Assembly (NCBI RefSeq): GCF_000011125.1
Contig: NC_000854.2
Location: forward strand, 720,001-752,000
DNA from: Aeropyrum pernix K1
GTDB taxonomy: Archaea; Thermoproteota; Thermoprotei_A; Sulfolobales; Acidilobaceae
Length of the DNA: 32,000 nucleotides
Reading direction: 5' to 3'
Under the pieces are notes generated by a model that did not search any database, was not told the DNA's origin, and was given only the letters and a program-made list of their open reading frames with translations. Shown here one piece after another: positions 1-8,048 of this stretch. The position numbers were made by a program, and so were the translations under genes. Each line of letters opens with the position of its first letter. Position 1 is the first letter of the stretch.

Positions 1-1
1 G

Positions 2-841
2 ATGGCGGCCGCCGCGGCGGAGGCGGCCCGGGGTAGGATAGGGGGTGGCGAGTGCTTCGCCGTCAGGACGACGAGGAGGGGTAGCCACGGCTATACCAGC
101 GTGGATGTGAACGTCGTCGTGGGTGACGCGGTCAGGAGGGCTACGGGGGCCTGCGTCAACCTGGAGAGCCCCGACAAGGTTGTGGCGGTGGAGATTATCC
201 AGGACCTCGCCCTCATCTCAATCTACCCCGGCAGCATGGAGTGGAGGAAGATGAGGGGGAAGCACCCAGTCCTCCCCCTCCTCTCCAGGGTTGCCGTCGT
301 TCAGATGCCCTACCTCGGCCCCCTGGACGCCTGCAGGAACATGGGGGTGAGGATAGGGAGGGAGGTGCAGAACTTCGAGGTGAGGGAGCTCGTTGTGGCC
401 CCCACGGGGCTGGTGGATGCGAGGCAGCTGGCCGAGTTCCTCCAGGGGGTGTTCGAGGGTGTTGAGAGCAGGTTTGAGGTGCAGAGGAAGAGCTACCACA
501 GGCGGGCCAGGAGGGTGCCCGTCTACCTCCAGGACCTCCACCAGCTCGTGAGGGATAGGAGGGGCGAGCCGATTATAGTGATGGAGCCTGAGGGGGAGCA
601 CATATCGAGGGTGGCCGACAGGCTGTGGGAGATGTTCCGGGGGTCGAGGAGGGTTAACGTGCTCGTGGGCAGCAGGGAGGGCATACCCCTGGGCGTATAT
701 AGGTACGCGGACCTCGTGGTGGATATAGCACCGGGGATAACCCTCTCCACGGACTACGCCGCCGCCAGCGCCCTGGTGGCGATAGCCACGGTCCTCTACG
801 AGAGGTCCTCCCAGCTGGAGGAGGGTGGTGGGGGTGGCTAG
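2..841 (+). CDS. THUMP-domain RNA-binding / SPOUT-like protein (COG1818-like), probably 5'-truncated by the window edge
   Basis: ORF 279 aa; 'FAVRTTRRGSHGYTSVDVNVVVGDAVRRATGA' resembles a THUMP segment and the C-terminal 'VLVGSREGIPLGVYRYADLVVDIAPGITLSTDYAAASALVAIATVL' resembles a SPOUT-like module; little sequence precedes the THUMP-like core. Confidence 0.6.
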   Translation: MAAAAAEAARGRIGGGECFAVRTTRRGSHGYTSVDVNVVVGDAVRRATGACVNLESPDKVVAVEIIQDLALISIYPGSMEWRKMRGKHPVLPLLSRVAVVQMPYLGPLDACRNMGVRIGREVQNFEVRELVVAPTGLVDARQLAEFLQGVFEGVESRFEVQRKSYHRRARRVPVYLQDLHQLVRDRRGEPIIVMEPEGEHISRVADRLWEMFRGSRRVNVLVGSREGIPLGVYRYADLVVDIAPGITLSTDYAAASALVAIATVLYERSSQLEEGGGGG

Positions 842-2402
842 GGGGTTCACAGTCCTCCTCCTATACCCCGGCCCCAGGAGCGTGGCCTACAGCAGCCTCG
901 CCTTCCACCTGATACGGGGCCTCCTCTCCAGCATGGGGGTTGGTGTTAAGACCGCCTTCCTGGAGGACGGCGTCCTAGAGGCCGGCCAACCCCTCGACCC
1001 CCGGGAGACGAGGGCTGTGCTTGTGAGCCTCCCCTACGAGATCATGTACGCCGACATGGTGAGGGCGCTGGAGCAGCTGGGCCTCAACCCCTGGGCCCGG
1101 GGCCGGGGCGAGGGGGACCCCCTGGTGATCGCGGGGGGGCCAGCGGCGACGGCTAACCCCGCCCCCCTGCTGGACCTGGTGGACGCCGTGCTGGTGGGGG
1201 AGCTGGAGCCTGTGGCTGAGGGGCTTGTGGACGCCCTCCAGGAGCCCACCCGCAGGGGGAGGCTTGAGGCCCTCTCACGCCTCCCCGGAGTCCTCGTCCC
1301 CTCTCTCGAGAACTGGCCCGTGACCAGGGTTTATGTCGAGGACCTCGACGCCGCCTGGTACCCCCTGGACCAGCGTGCCCCCCCGGGTGTTGAGCCGGTT
1401 TGGGGCCGGGGCTTCATTCTGGAGACTAGCCGTGGGTGCGGGAGGGGCTGCAGGTTTTGCATGGAGGGCACGGTCTTCAGGCCAAGGAGGGATAGGAGCC
1501 TCGAGGTCCTCAAGCACCTGCTCCGGGAGGGTGTTAGGGTCAACGGGGCCCAGAGGGTCATATTCTACAGCCTCGTCTTCTTCGACAACAGGGCTAGCGA
1601 CGAGATACTATGGTACGCCGTCGAGGACCTGGGGCTCCAGGCGAGCGTGCCGAGCCTGAGGGCCGAGACACTCACCTGGGAGAGGGCGGGGCTCATAGCC
1701 CGCGGGGGGCAGAGGACTGTGACCATAGCCCCGGAGACCGGCTCCTGCACCATAGCTAGGGCGATACTCAAGCCGATAGGAGGGGATATAACCCTCTGGG
1801 CGGTGGATAACGCCCTAGGCCAGGGCATAACGGGGGTCAAGCTCTACCTCATCACCGGCTTCCCCGGTGAGGGGGAGGAGGACCTCGCCCAGACCAGGGA
1901 CCTAGCTCTCAGGGTGGTTGAGAGGGTTAGGAAGGCCGGGGGGGTGGCGAAGGCCTCGATAAACCCCTTCATGCCCAAGCCCGTAACAGGCATGCAGTGG
2001 GCAGGCTTGGCTCCCAGGAGGCTGCTGGAGGAGAGGATTAACAGGCTCTCCAGGGCCCTACGCCGGGCGGGCGCCCGGGTGTCGGGCTACGACCCCCGGT
2101 GGGCCGAGGTACAGGTCGCCCTCGCCCGGGGCGGGAGGGAGATGGCCAGGGTTGTTGTTGAGTGGGCCAGGATGCCCCGGCAAACTCCCTCAAGCTTCAG
2201 GGCCGCAGCCAGGAGGGCGGGGGTCAGCCTGGACTGGAGCCTGGGGGAGTGGCCGGCCGACTACACCCCGCCCTGGCACAGGCTGGTGGAGCACCCGAGG
2301 GCGGAGCTGTGGAGGCTGAGGAGGGACTGGGAGATCTACAGGAGGGTTGTCGAGTCCCGGGGAGGGGCTTCCAGGCTCAGGATACCCGGGTGCACAGCCT
2401 AG
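825..2402 (+). CDS. Radical SAM protein with N-terminal B12-binding-like region
   Basis: 525 aa; 'TSRGCGRGCRFCMEG' contains the CxxxCxxC [4Fe-4S] motif; GTG start overlaps the preceding ORF by 17 bp. Confidence 0.85.
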   Translation: MVGVARGFTVLLLYPGPRSVAYSSLAFHLIRGLLSSMGVGVKTAFLEDGVLEAGQPLDPRETRAVLVSLPYEIMYADMVRALEQLGLNPWARGRGEGDPLVIAGGPAATANPAPLLDLVDAVLVGELEPVAEGLVDALQEPTRRGRLEALSRLPGVLVPSLENWPVTRVYVEDLDAAWYPLDQRAPPGVEPVWGRGFILETSRGCGRGCRFCMEGTVFRPRRDRSLEVLKHLLREGVRVNGAQRVIFYSLVFFDNRASDEILWYAVEDLGLQASVPSLRAETLTWERAGLIARGGQRTVTIAPETGSCTIARAILKPIGGDITLWAVDNALGQGITGVKLYLITGFPGEGEEDLAQTRDLALRVVERVRKAGGVAKASINPFMPKPVTGMQWAGLAPRRLLEERINRLSRALRRAGARVSGYDPRWAEVQVALARGGREMARVVVEWARMPRQTPSSFRAAARRAGVSLDWSLGEWPADYTPPWHRLVEHPRAELWRLRRDWEIYRRVVESRGGASRLRIPGCTA

Positions 2403-2920
2403 ACGCCGCCCCGCCCCGGCGCCCCCGGGCTCCTGAACGCCCTGAGAGCCCCCTTCACAGTCCCCGAGGTCCTCAGGGGCACCACGAGAACCCTCCTCCC
2501 CCCAGCCATCCTCACCAGCCCCAGGGCGGCGAGGATGTGGTAGCGGTAGTCCCTGACCACAGCAACCACGCCCCTCCCCGACTCCTCCTCGTAATACACT
2601 ATCCTGGGCCTCGCGAGGGCTAGGCTCTCTGCCCCGAAGGCCTTGAGGTAAACACCCCTAAGGGCCTCCTCAAACTCCCCCTTCCCGGGGGGCGGGCCGT
2701 CTAGGCTGAGGACCTCGAACGCCACATACCTCCTCCTAGGCCTCCTCCCCGCAAGCCTCCTTAGCCTCACAAGCTCCCTCTGCCTGAGGGCGGCCCTCGA
2801 GAGTATGCGGGCCAGCCTCCTGAGCCTCACAACATACAAACCGGAGGCCAGAAGCCCAGCCACACCACCCGCCACCAGGCCTGCCAGGGCGGCTGCGAGG
2901 ACCTCGCTGTCTAGAGGCAC
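2399..2920 (-). CDS. rnp2: Ribonuclease P protein component 2 (Pop5/Rpp14 family), with an N-terminal hydrophobic extension in the longest ORF
   Basis: 'RRRYVAFEVL...FGAESLALARPRIVYYEEESGRGVVAVVRDYRYHILAALGLV...RVLVVPLRTSGTVKGALRAF' matches the Pop5/Rpp14 pattern, including the SGT signature. GTG start at 2920; alternative in-frame GTG at 2770. Confidence 0.7.
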   Translation of the reverse strand: MPLDSEVLAAALAGLVAGGVAGLLASGLYVVRLRRLARILSRAALRQRELVRLRRLAGRRPRRRYVAFEVLSLDGPPPGKGEFEEALRGVYLKAFGAESLALARPRIVYYEEESGRGVVAVVRDYRYHILAALGLVRMAGGRRVLVVPLRTSGTVKGALRAFRSPGAPGRGGV

Positions 2921-2937
2921 AGCGACACCACCCGGTG

Positions 2938-2995
2938 CTGGTCAGATCGTCGTGAGGTCATCACCCTTCATGCTGGGACGGCGTCATCATCCCAC
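2938..2995 (-). ncRNA. Archaeal C/D box sRNA (2'-O-methylation guide)
   Basis: Minus strand reads GGGATGATGA-CGCCGTCCCAGC-ATGA-AGG-GTGATGA-CCTCACGACGAT-CTGA. C box ATGATGA (2984-2990), D' ATGA (about 2968-2971, noncanonical), C' GTGATGA (2958-2964), D CTGA (2942-2945). Both guide spacers are 12 nt. TATA-like element TTATA lies about 28 nt upstream. Confidence 0.85.
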
Positions 2996-3015
2996 TAGCC
3001 CATACTGTAGCCTGG

Positions 3016-3028
3016 GGGGTATAAGGGG
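3016..3028 (-). promoter_or_regulatory. TATA-like promoter element for the C/D box sRNA
   Basis: Minus strand ...CCCCTTATACCCC...; the TATA core at about 3020-3024 is about 28 nt upstream of the sRNA 5' end. Confidence 0.5.
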
Positions 3029-3045
3029 AGGGGTAGCCGCCGGCT

Positions 3046-4278
3046 CTACCTCTTGCCGGCGGCGGCCACTATCTTCACAACATCCCCGTCCTGGAGCCTG
3101 TAGCCCTCCCCCACCCTCTGCTTCGTCTTCGCGTTCACCGCGTAGAGGAAGGTTTTGCCTAGGTCGGTGTGTATCCTGTAGGCCAGGTCCCTGGGTGTTG
3201 AGCCCCTCTTCACCAGTATCACGTCGGGGAGTATCCTCCCCTCCCTGTCTGTGTACCTGTTGGGGTCCTCCACCGGGTAGACGGCTATCATGTCTAGCAC
3301 GTCGAACACCGCCGTGTTTATGGCCTGGACCACGCCCGTCCCGCCCCACCTCTTCATAACCCTCTCCCTGACGAGCTCCAGCGCCTTCAACGCCTTACCC
3401 CCGAGCCCCCCGGGGTCTTTGACGGTGAAGTCGGGGTCGCCCGGGATGTAGCGGACCCTCCCCTCCCTCGCCAGCCTCCTGAGCATGAGCTCCGCCAGGG
3501 CGCTTGCCGGCACAACCGGTATCCCCGGGTAGCTGCTCCCCAGCCTCTCCACGTTCTCCTCAGCCCCGGGCACGTCGACCTTGTTAGCCAATATAACCGC
3601 CGGCTTCCCCCTCTCCAGGACTAGCTTGACGAATAGCCTGAGGTCCTCCCTGCTCCAGCTGGAGAGCCTCTTCTCCCCCAGCCCCGTCTCCTCCAGAACC
3701 CCCGCCACGACCCCCCGGGGTATCTCGAAGCCCGAGAGCCTCTGGCTCAGGGCGGTGACGAGGTCCACGTTCCCGGCGGTGTCCACCCTCCTGGCGAACC
3801 TCTCCCAGTCCCTGGCCAGGTTCTGGAGCATCCACTCGTATATCTCCCCCAGCATCAGCCCAACCTCCTCCACCGGGTCGTAACTCCCAGGCTTCACAGG
3901 AACACCCTCGGGGTCTGTGGAGCCGCTCGCGTCAACCACGAGGAGGAGGGCGTCGGCCTTCCTAACGTCGTCGAGGAACCTGTTGCCCAGCCCCCTCCCC
4001 CTGTGGGCCCCGGGGACGAGGCCGGCCACGTCGAGGAGCTTGACGGGTATGAACCTCCACCCCTCTATGCAGAGGCTGTTGACCGGGTCGCACCGGGGGA
4101 GCCCCAGCTCCACGTGGGCGCACCTCTTCCTCGCATACCCAACCCCCACGTTAGGCTCTATCGTGACGAAGGGCCTGTTCTCAATCTTAACCGGCACCTC
4201 TGTGGCGGCGGCGAAGAACGTGGACTTCCCGACGTTGGTCTTCCCCACAAGCCCCAGAACGATACTGCCAGCCTCCAC
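3046..4278 (-). CDS. YchF/Obg-like GTP-binding protein with C-terminal TGS domain
   Basis: G1 motif 'GLVGKTNVGKSTFF', G3 'LLDVAGLVPGAHRGRG', G4 'ANKVD' and a C-terminal TGS-like region. The ORF is open to 4338, but homology begins at 'VEAGSIVLGLVGKTNVGKSTFF' (GTG at 4278). Confidence 0.9.
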   Translation of the reverse strand: MEAGSIVLGLVGKTNVGKSTFFAAATEVPVKIENRPFVTIEPNVGVGYARKRCAHVELGLPRCDPVNSLCIEGWRFIPVKLLDVAGLVPGAHRGRGLGNRFLDDVRKADALLLVVDASGSTDPEGVPVKPGSYDPVEEVGLMLGEIYEWMLQNLARDWERFARRVDTAGNVDLVTALSQRLSGFEIPRGVVAGVLEETGLGEKRLSSWSREDLRLFVKLVLERGKPAVILANKVDVPGAEENVERLGSSYPGIPVVPASALAELMLRRLAREGRVRYIPGDPDFTVKDPGGLGGKALKALELVRERVMKRWGGTGVVQAINTAVFDVLDMIAVYPVEDPNRYTDREGRILPDVILVKRGSTPRDLAYRIHTDLGKTFLYAVNAKTKQRVGEGYRLQDGDVVKIVAAAGKR

Positions 4279-4354
4279 GGCAACACACCCACAGACACTA
4301 TAACCCGGAGTCCCCGCGGTCCAAACCAGAGGACCCAAGCCCGGAGGTGGTGGG

Positions 4355-5056
4355 CTAGGCCACCTTCTTCACCTTAACCTCCGCCGCCCCCCGGGCGAGG
4401 GCTTGTATCCTGCTTGTGACCTCCACCTGGGCCCCCGCCGGTATCTCGAGCTCCGCCTTCAGGCTGCCGTCGGGAAGCCAGTCCGCCTTCTTTACCTCCC
4501 CCATCCTCATGAGGGCCTGGTATGCCCTGCCCGAGTGTGGGGGCGGTATCTTCACCTCTAACAGGGCTCTGGCCAGCCTTATCGGCATCACCCTGGCTAT
4601 CAGCCTTACAGCCTCCACAGCCTGGCTCTCAGCGTCTCTCCACAGGTTTATGGGGAACCTCACCTCCTCGAGGGCCGCCTCTATCCTGGCCTCGGGTATG
4701 GGCCTCCCCGTGGTGGGGTCTATGGCGTTCCTGGCTATGTAGCTTATTATCTGCCTCCTCTTCGCCTCGAGGAGCCTCCTCCTCTGCTCCTCCGTCAGCT
4801 GTATCTCCCCCTCCTTGAGAATCTTCTCAGCCACCCTCCTGGGGTCGCTTGTGCCGAAGGCCTTCTTAACCTCCTCCGGGCTCGCCTTCAGCCCCTTCCT
4901 CACGTCCCTGTAGATGGTGTCGGTCCACAGCACGTCCTCCAGGTCCACGTCACCCTTCTCCTTATACCTGAAGGCCAGCTCGGGCCTCACCAGAATCTCG
5001 AACCTCTTCCCCCTAACCTCCATCCACGCCACTATATAGTCCTGCCTCTTCGACAA
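4355..5056 (-). CDS. sdo1: Ribosome maturation protein SDO1/SBDS homologue
   Basis: 233 aa; 'DYIVAWMEVRGKRFEILVRPELAFRYKEKG', 'LTEEQRRRLLEAKRRQIISYIARNAIDPTTGRPIP' and 'RIEAALEEVRFPIN' are characteristic SBDS motifs. Confidence 0.92.
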   Translation of the reverse strand: MSKRQDYIVAWMEVRGKRFEILVRPELAFRYKEKGDVDLEDVLWTDTIYRDVRKGLKASPEEVKKAFGTSDPRRVAEKILKEGEIQLTEEQRRRLLEAKRRQIISYIARNAIDPTTGRPIPEARIEAALEEVRFPINLWRDAESQAVEAVRLIARVMPIRLARALLEVKIPPPHSGRAYQALMRMGEVKKADWLPDGSLKAELEIPAGAQVEVTSRIQALARGAAEVKVKKVA

Positions 5057-5115
5057 CCCACTCTACACCCCAGGCGATCATAGTTGGGTGGGAGTCCTCT
5101 AAACCCTTGGCTGGG

Positions 5116-5871
5116 CTAGACGCCGGGCGGCCTCGAGGGGGTCCTCGCCTCTAGTAGCATAGTCTTGAGGGCTGTCATGTAGGGCTCGGGCACCCCCATC
5201 TCCCCGAGCCTCCTCACAACCCTCTCCACCGGGTACTCCACCCGGGCTAGCTCAACCCTCCCCGACTCTAGGTCTAGCATGGCGTAGCCCGCCCTGGGGT
5301 CGCCGTCCCGGGGCTGGCCCGCGCTTCCCGGGTTAACCACCCTCCTCCCATCGAGGGTGAGGTGGAACTGCACGTGGGTGTGCCCCACCAGGACCGTGGC
5401 CTCCTCCACCACCGCCCCCTGCCTCCCCAGCCTCACGCCAGGCCTCCTCAGCCCGTCCAGCAGCGACTCCCTGCCCATCCACGGGTAGAGGTAGCAGTAG
5501 AGGGGGTTGCGGGGGCAGCCGTGGACCGCCAGCACGCCATCGAGCCTCAGCTCCAGGGGGAGCTTTGCCAGGAACCTCCTATCACCATCCCCCAGGAGCC
5601 TCTGGGTGATGTTCTCCCTGAACCACACGCTGAGCCAGTGAGTCTCCTCCCCGCACCTGCAGTCCACACCATAGCCCACGGCGTGGTCGTGGTTCCCCCT
5701 GACAATCCTAGCCCCGAGGCCTCGGAGCACGTCAATAACCTCCCCCGGCCAGGGGCCGTAGTCCACCAGGTCGCCCAGAGCGAGGACCTCATCAAACCTC
5801 CCGGCGGCCTCTAGAACAGCCTCCAGGGCGGGAAGGTTCCCGTGGACGTCGGAGACTATGAGAACCCGCAA
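5116..5871 (-). CDS. Calcineurin-like metallophosphoesterase (YfcE/MJ0936-like)
   Basis: Motifs 'SDVHGN', 'LGDLVDYGP', 'RGNHD', 'VGHTHVQ', 'NPGSAGQPRDGDPRAGY'. Confidence 0.92.
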   Translation of the reverse strand: MRVLIVSDVHGNLPALEAVLEAAGRFDEVLALGDLVDYGPWPGEVIDVLRGLGARIVRGNHDHAVGYGVDCRCGEETHWLSVWFRENITQRLLGDGDRRFLAKLPLELRLDGVLAVHGCPRNPLYCYLYPWMGRESLLDGLRRPGVRLGRQGAVVEEATVLVGHTHVQFHLTLDGRRVVNPGSAGQPRDGDPRAGYAMLDLESGRVELARVEYPVERVVRRLGEMGVPEPYMTALKTMLLEARTPSRPPGV

Positions 5872-6008
5872 GACGAGCCCCCAGGGGATTCGTGGGTTTG
5901 GAAAGGATAATCAGCGGTGTGAATATAGGCTATATACAACCCCCCATGGAGGACGTGTCCCGCCATGTGTTCGGTGGGGTTGACCTCCCTTATAACCCCC
6001 ATTATTTT

Positions 6009-6537
6009 ATGCCGCGGGGAAATAGTGGAGAGTGCTTGCTCTTGTCGTCCTGCTCCTTGTAGCCCTCACACTCTACATAACAATGACGCTGAGCGCGGCC
6101 TACGTCCTCACATCAAAAGATATGAGCAACAACATCTCGGTGACCGTAGCCGGCTCCAGCCAGGTGCCGGTCTTCCCCGCTGACAACAGTGGCAACCCAC
6201 TGGCTACGGCCAAGGTACCCTCGGCCTATCCAGTAACACCAACATACTCCTCCCCGACAGCGCTACCGTGGACCTCAACACCACCCGCGGAGGCCTCGTC
6301 CTAAGCCTAGACGTAGAACTCACATTTTCCCAGACGACCTCCAGTAGCGACTCCTGGCAGGTGGTAGTGTTGCTGAGGGATAGCAGCAGCAGTGTAATAG
6401 CGAACACGGGAGACGAGGTGACGGCCACAGGAAACGGCGCCACAACAATAACCATAGACAACGTCGACATAATACCCAAGGTACACATATCCAAGGTTAA
6501 AAGCATCGAGGTAATAGTGGTGCCACTACTACCCTAA
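6009..6537 (+). pseudogene. Degenerate or frameshifted small exported/pilin-like gene
   Basis: Frame 3 'MPRG', frame 2 hydrophobic 'VLALVVLLLVALTLYITMTLSAAYV...VFPADNSGN', then frame 1 'GQGTLGLSSNTNILLPDSATVDLNTTRGGLVLSLDVELTF...VEVIV'-type Ser/Thr-rich beta segment. Together they look like one type IV pilin-like architecture split across frames. Confidence 0.45.
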
Positions 6538-6551
6538 ACACCAGCCACATT

Positions 6552-6833
6552 CTACCCGCTATCCTCCCCACCCTCCTCCTCTTCTCCACCATCCCGGGAG
6601 AGTATTGTGGAGGCGAGCTCCAGGAGGACGGCGGCCACCAGGCTGTAGTAGGCGTACTCCGCCAGCCTGTTGGCGAGGTCCTCGCTCCCCCGGGCCAGCG
6701 CAACAGCAGCCATTAGCAGGAGGGCCATGAAGGCTAGGGCGAAGGGGCCCCCGGGGTTCTCCCCCGCCCAAGCCAGAATCTCCCGCAGCCTACACCGGCC
6801 CGGCAGCCCCCTCAACCAGGGGTCACCCCCCAC
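6552..6833 (-). CDS. Small predicted membrane protein of unknown function
   Basis: 93 aa with two hydrophobic segments ('FALAFMALLLMAAVALA', 'YYSLVAAVLLELAST'); overlaps the upstream ORF end by 11 nt. Confidence 0.5.
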   Translation of the reverse strand: MGGDPWLRGLPGRCRLREILAWAGENPGGPFALAFMALLLMAAVALARGSEDLANRLAEYAYYSLVAAVLLELASTILSRDGGEEEEGGEDSG

Positions 6834-7908
6834 CCTCGGGGGCGAGATCCTTCAGCAGGGCCTCCCTCACCCCCACAGTCTCACCCCCACCACCCACCTC
6901 AACTATCCTCACTTTGGTGTAGCCCGGCAGCCCAGCCTCCAACAGGACCCCCGCAAGCACCCCCAGGGGGTCCCCGCCCCCAGTGGGCTTGGCCCGGGGC
7001 AGCCTAGCAACCCCCACCCCATCCTCCAGGCTCAGCTGGAGGCTGGAGGGCTGCACCGGCTCCAGCGCCCCTAGGTAGAGTTGGAGCAGCCTCGCGAGGG
7101 CTGCGGCCTCGCCCGGCAGCGCCCCGGGGTCGGGGAGCCTGGCCAGCGCCCCCAGCACGAGGGTGGCGTCGCCCTCCACCGACCCCGCTATCCTTGTCCA
7201 GCAGCCCCGGGGGTCCATCTCCACCCGGGCCTCCAGCTTCTCCACAGGCAGAGCCTCGCCACTATAGACCTCGGGGGGTATGGTGAACGCCATCCTCCCC
7301 CTCACACCTCCACCCTCGTCGGGGTGGAGCCTTTCCACCGTGAACCCCTCGAGCCTCAGGAGCCCCGCCGCCCTGCGGGCAAGCTCCTCGAGCCGCGTGT
7401 AGGCGTACTCCTCGTAAGCCGACGCCCCACCGGAGCCTACAACCCGGAAAACAGCCTCAACCCTCACACCCCCGGGGGTGGGCTCGGCCCTAACACTCTC
7501 CACAACACCCCTCAACACACCCCCCGCCTCAAACACGCCCCCGCCCAGCAGCAGCACACCCCTCCTCCCCAGCTCAATACCCCCGGCCACGCTGTAGGGG
7601 CTCTCCCTCAGGCACAACGCAGCCCCCGCCTCACCCGCAAGTAGATCTTCCTTGAGATCAGCCTCCAACACAGCCCCCGACACCGGGAGCCCAAGCCTCC
7701 CCACAGTCACGCTAGCCTCGACACTACCATCACCATAAACCCAAGCCTCAACCACCACCCCATAATACCACTCCGCCACAAACCCCTCCAGAAAGCCCCA
7801 GGCAACAGGCCAAAGAGCAGCCACAACAACGCCAACAGCAGCCAAAACGGCAACAGCCCCAACAACCTCCCTACGCCTCACAGCCACACCACGCCACCAG
7901 CGCCACAC
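6823..7908 (-). CDS. Membrane-anchored extracytoplasmic protein of unknown function
   Basis: 361 aa; N-terminal TM 'VVGAVAVLAAVGVVVAALWPVAWGF' followed by a long domain without further obvious TM helices. Confidence 0.6.
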   Translation of the reverse strand: MWRWWRGVAVRRREVVGAVAVLAAVGVVVAALWPVAWGFLEGFVAEWYYGVVVEAWVYGDGSVEASVTVGRLGLPVSGAVLEADLKEDLLAGEAGAALCLRESPYSVAGGIELGRRGVLLLGGGVFEAGGVLRGVVESVRAEPTPGGVRVEAVFRVVGSGGASAYEEYAYTRLEELARRAAGLLRLEGFTVERLHPDEGGGVRGRMAFTIPPEVYSGEALPVEKLEARVEMDPRGCWTRIAGSVEGDATLVLGALARLPDPGALPGEAAALARLLQLYLGALEPVQPSSLQLSLEDGVGVARLPRAKPTGGGDPLGVLAGVLLEAGLPGYTKVRIVEVGGGGETVGVREALLKDLAPEGGG

Positions 7909-7940
7909 AGCCCCTCAACCCCAACCAGCAAACCCCCAGC

Positions 7941-7957
7941 GGCCACCCGGAGTGGCC
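7941..7957. promoter_or_regulatory. Inverted repeat GGCCAC-CCGGA-GTGGCC directly upstream of the flippase TATA box (candidate operator)
   Basis: Perfect 6-bp arms with a 5-nt spacer, ending about 6 bp before the TATA element. Confidence 0.4.
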
Positions 7958-7962
7958 ACACC

Positions 7963-7971
7963 CTATAAATA
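7963..7971 (+). promoter_or_regulatory. TATA box
   Basis: 'ctataaata' in a short G+C-rich intergenic region upstream of the flippase gene. Confidence 0.5.
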
Positions 7972-8048
7972 CCCGCACCGGCGCCCCAAATAAAGGGTAA
8001 CACACTCCAGAACAACCCCCAGGGAAGCGCGAGAGGGAACGACGAGCG

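Noticed and set aside
218-850. Long antisense and out-of-frame ORFs in the G+C-rich flanks (e.g. 218-850 -, 2162-2623 +, 2805-3359 +, 3584-3835 -, 4003-4377 +, 5362-5814 +, 6670-7074 +, 7081-7644 +, 31093-31509 -)
   Set aside because: They overlap well-supported genes on the other strand or in another frame, and have low-complexity Pro/His/Arg/Gly composition typical of shadow ORFs in G+C-rich DNA.
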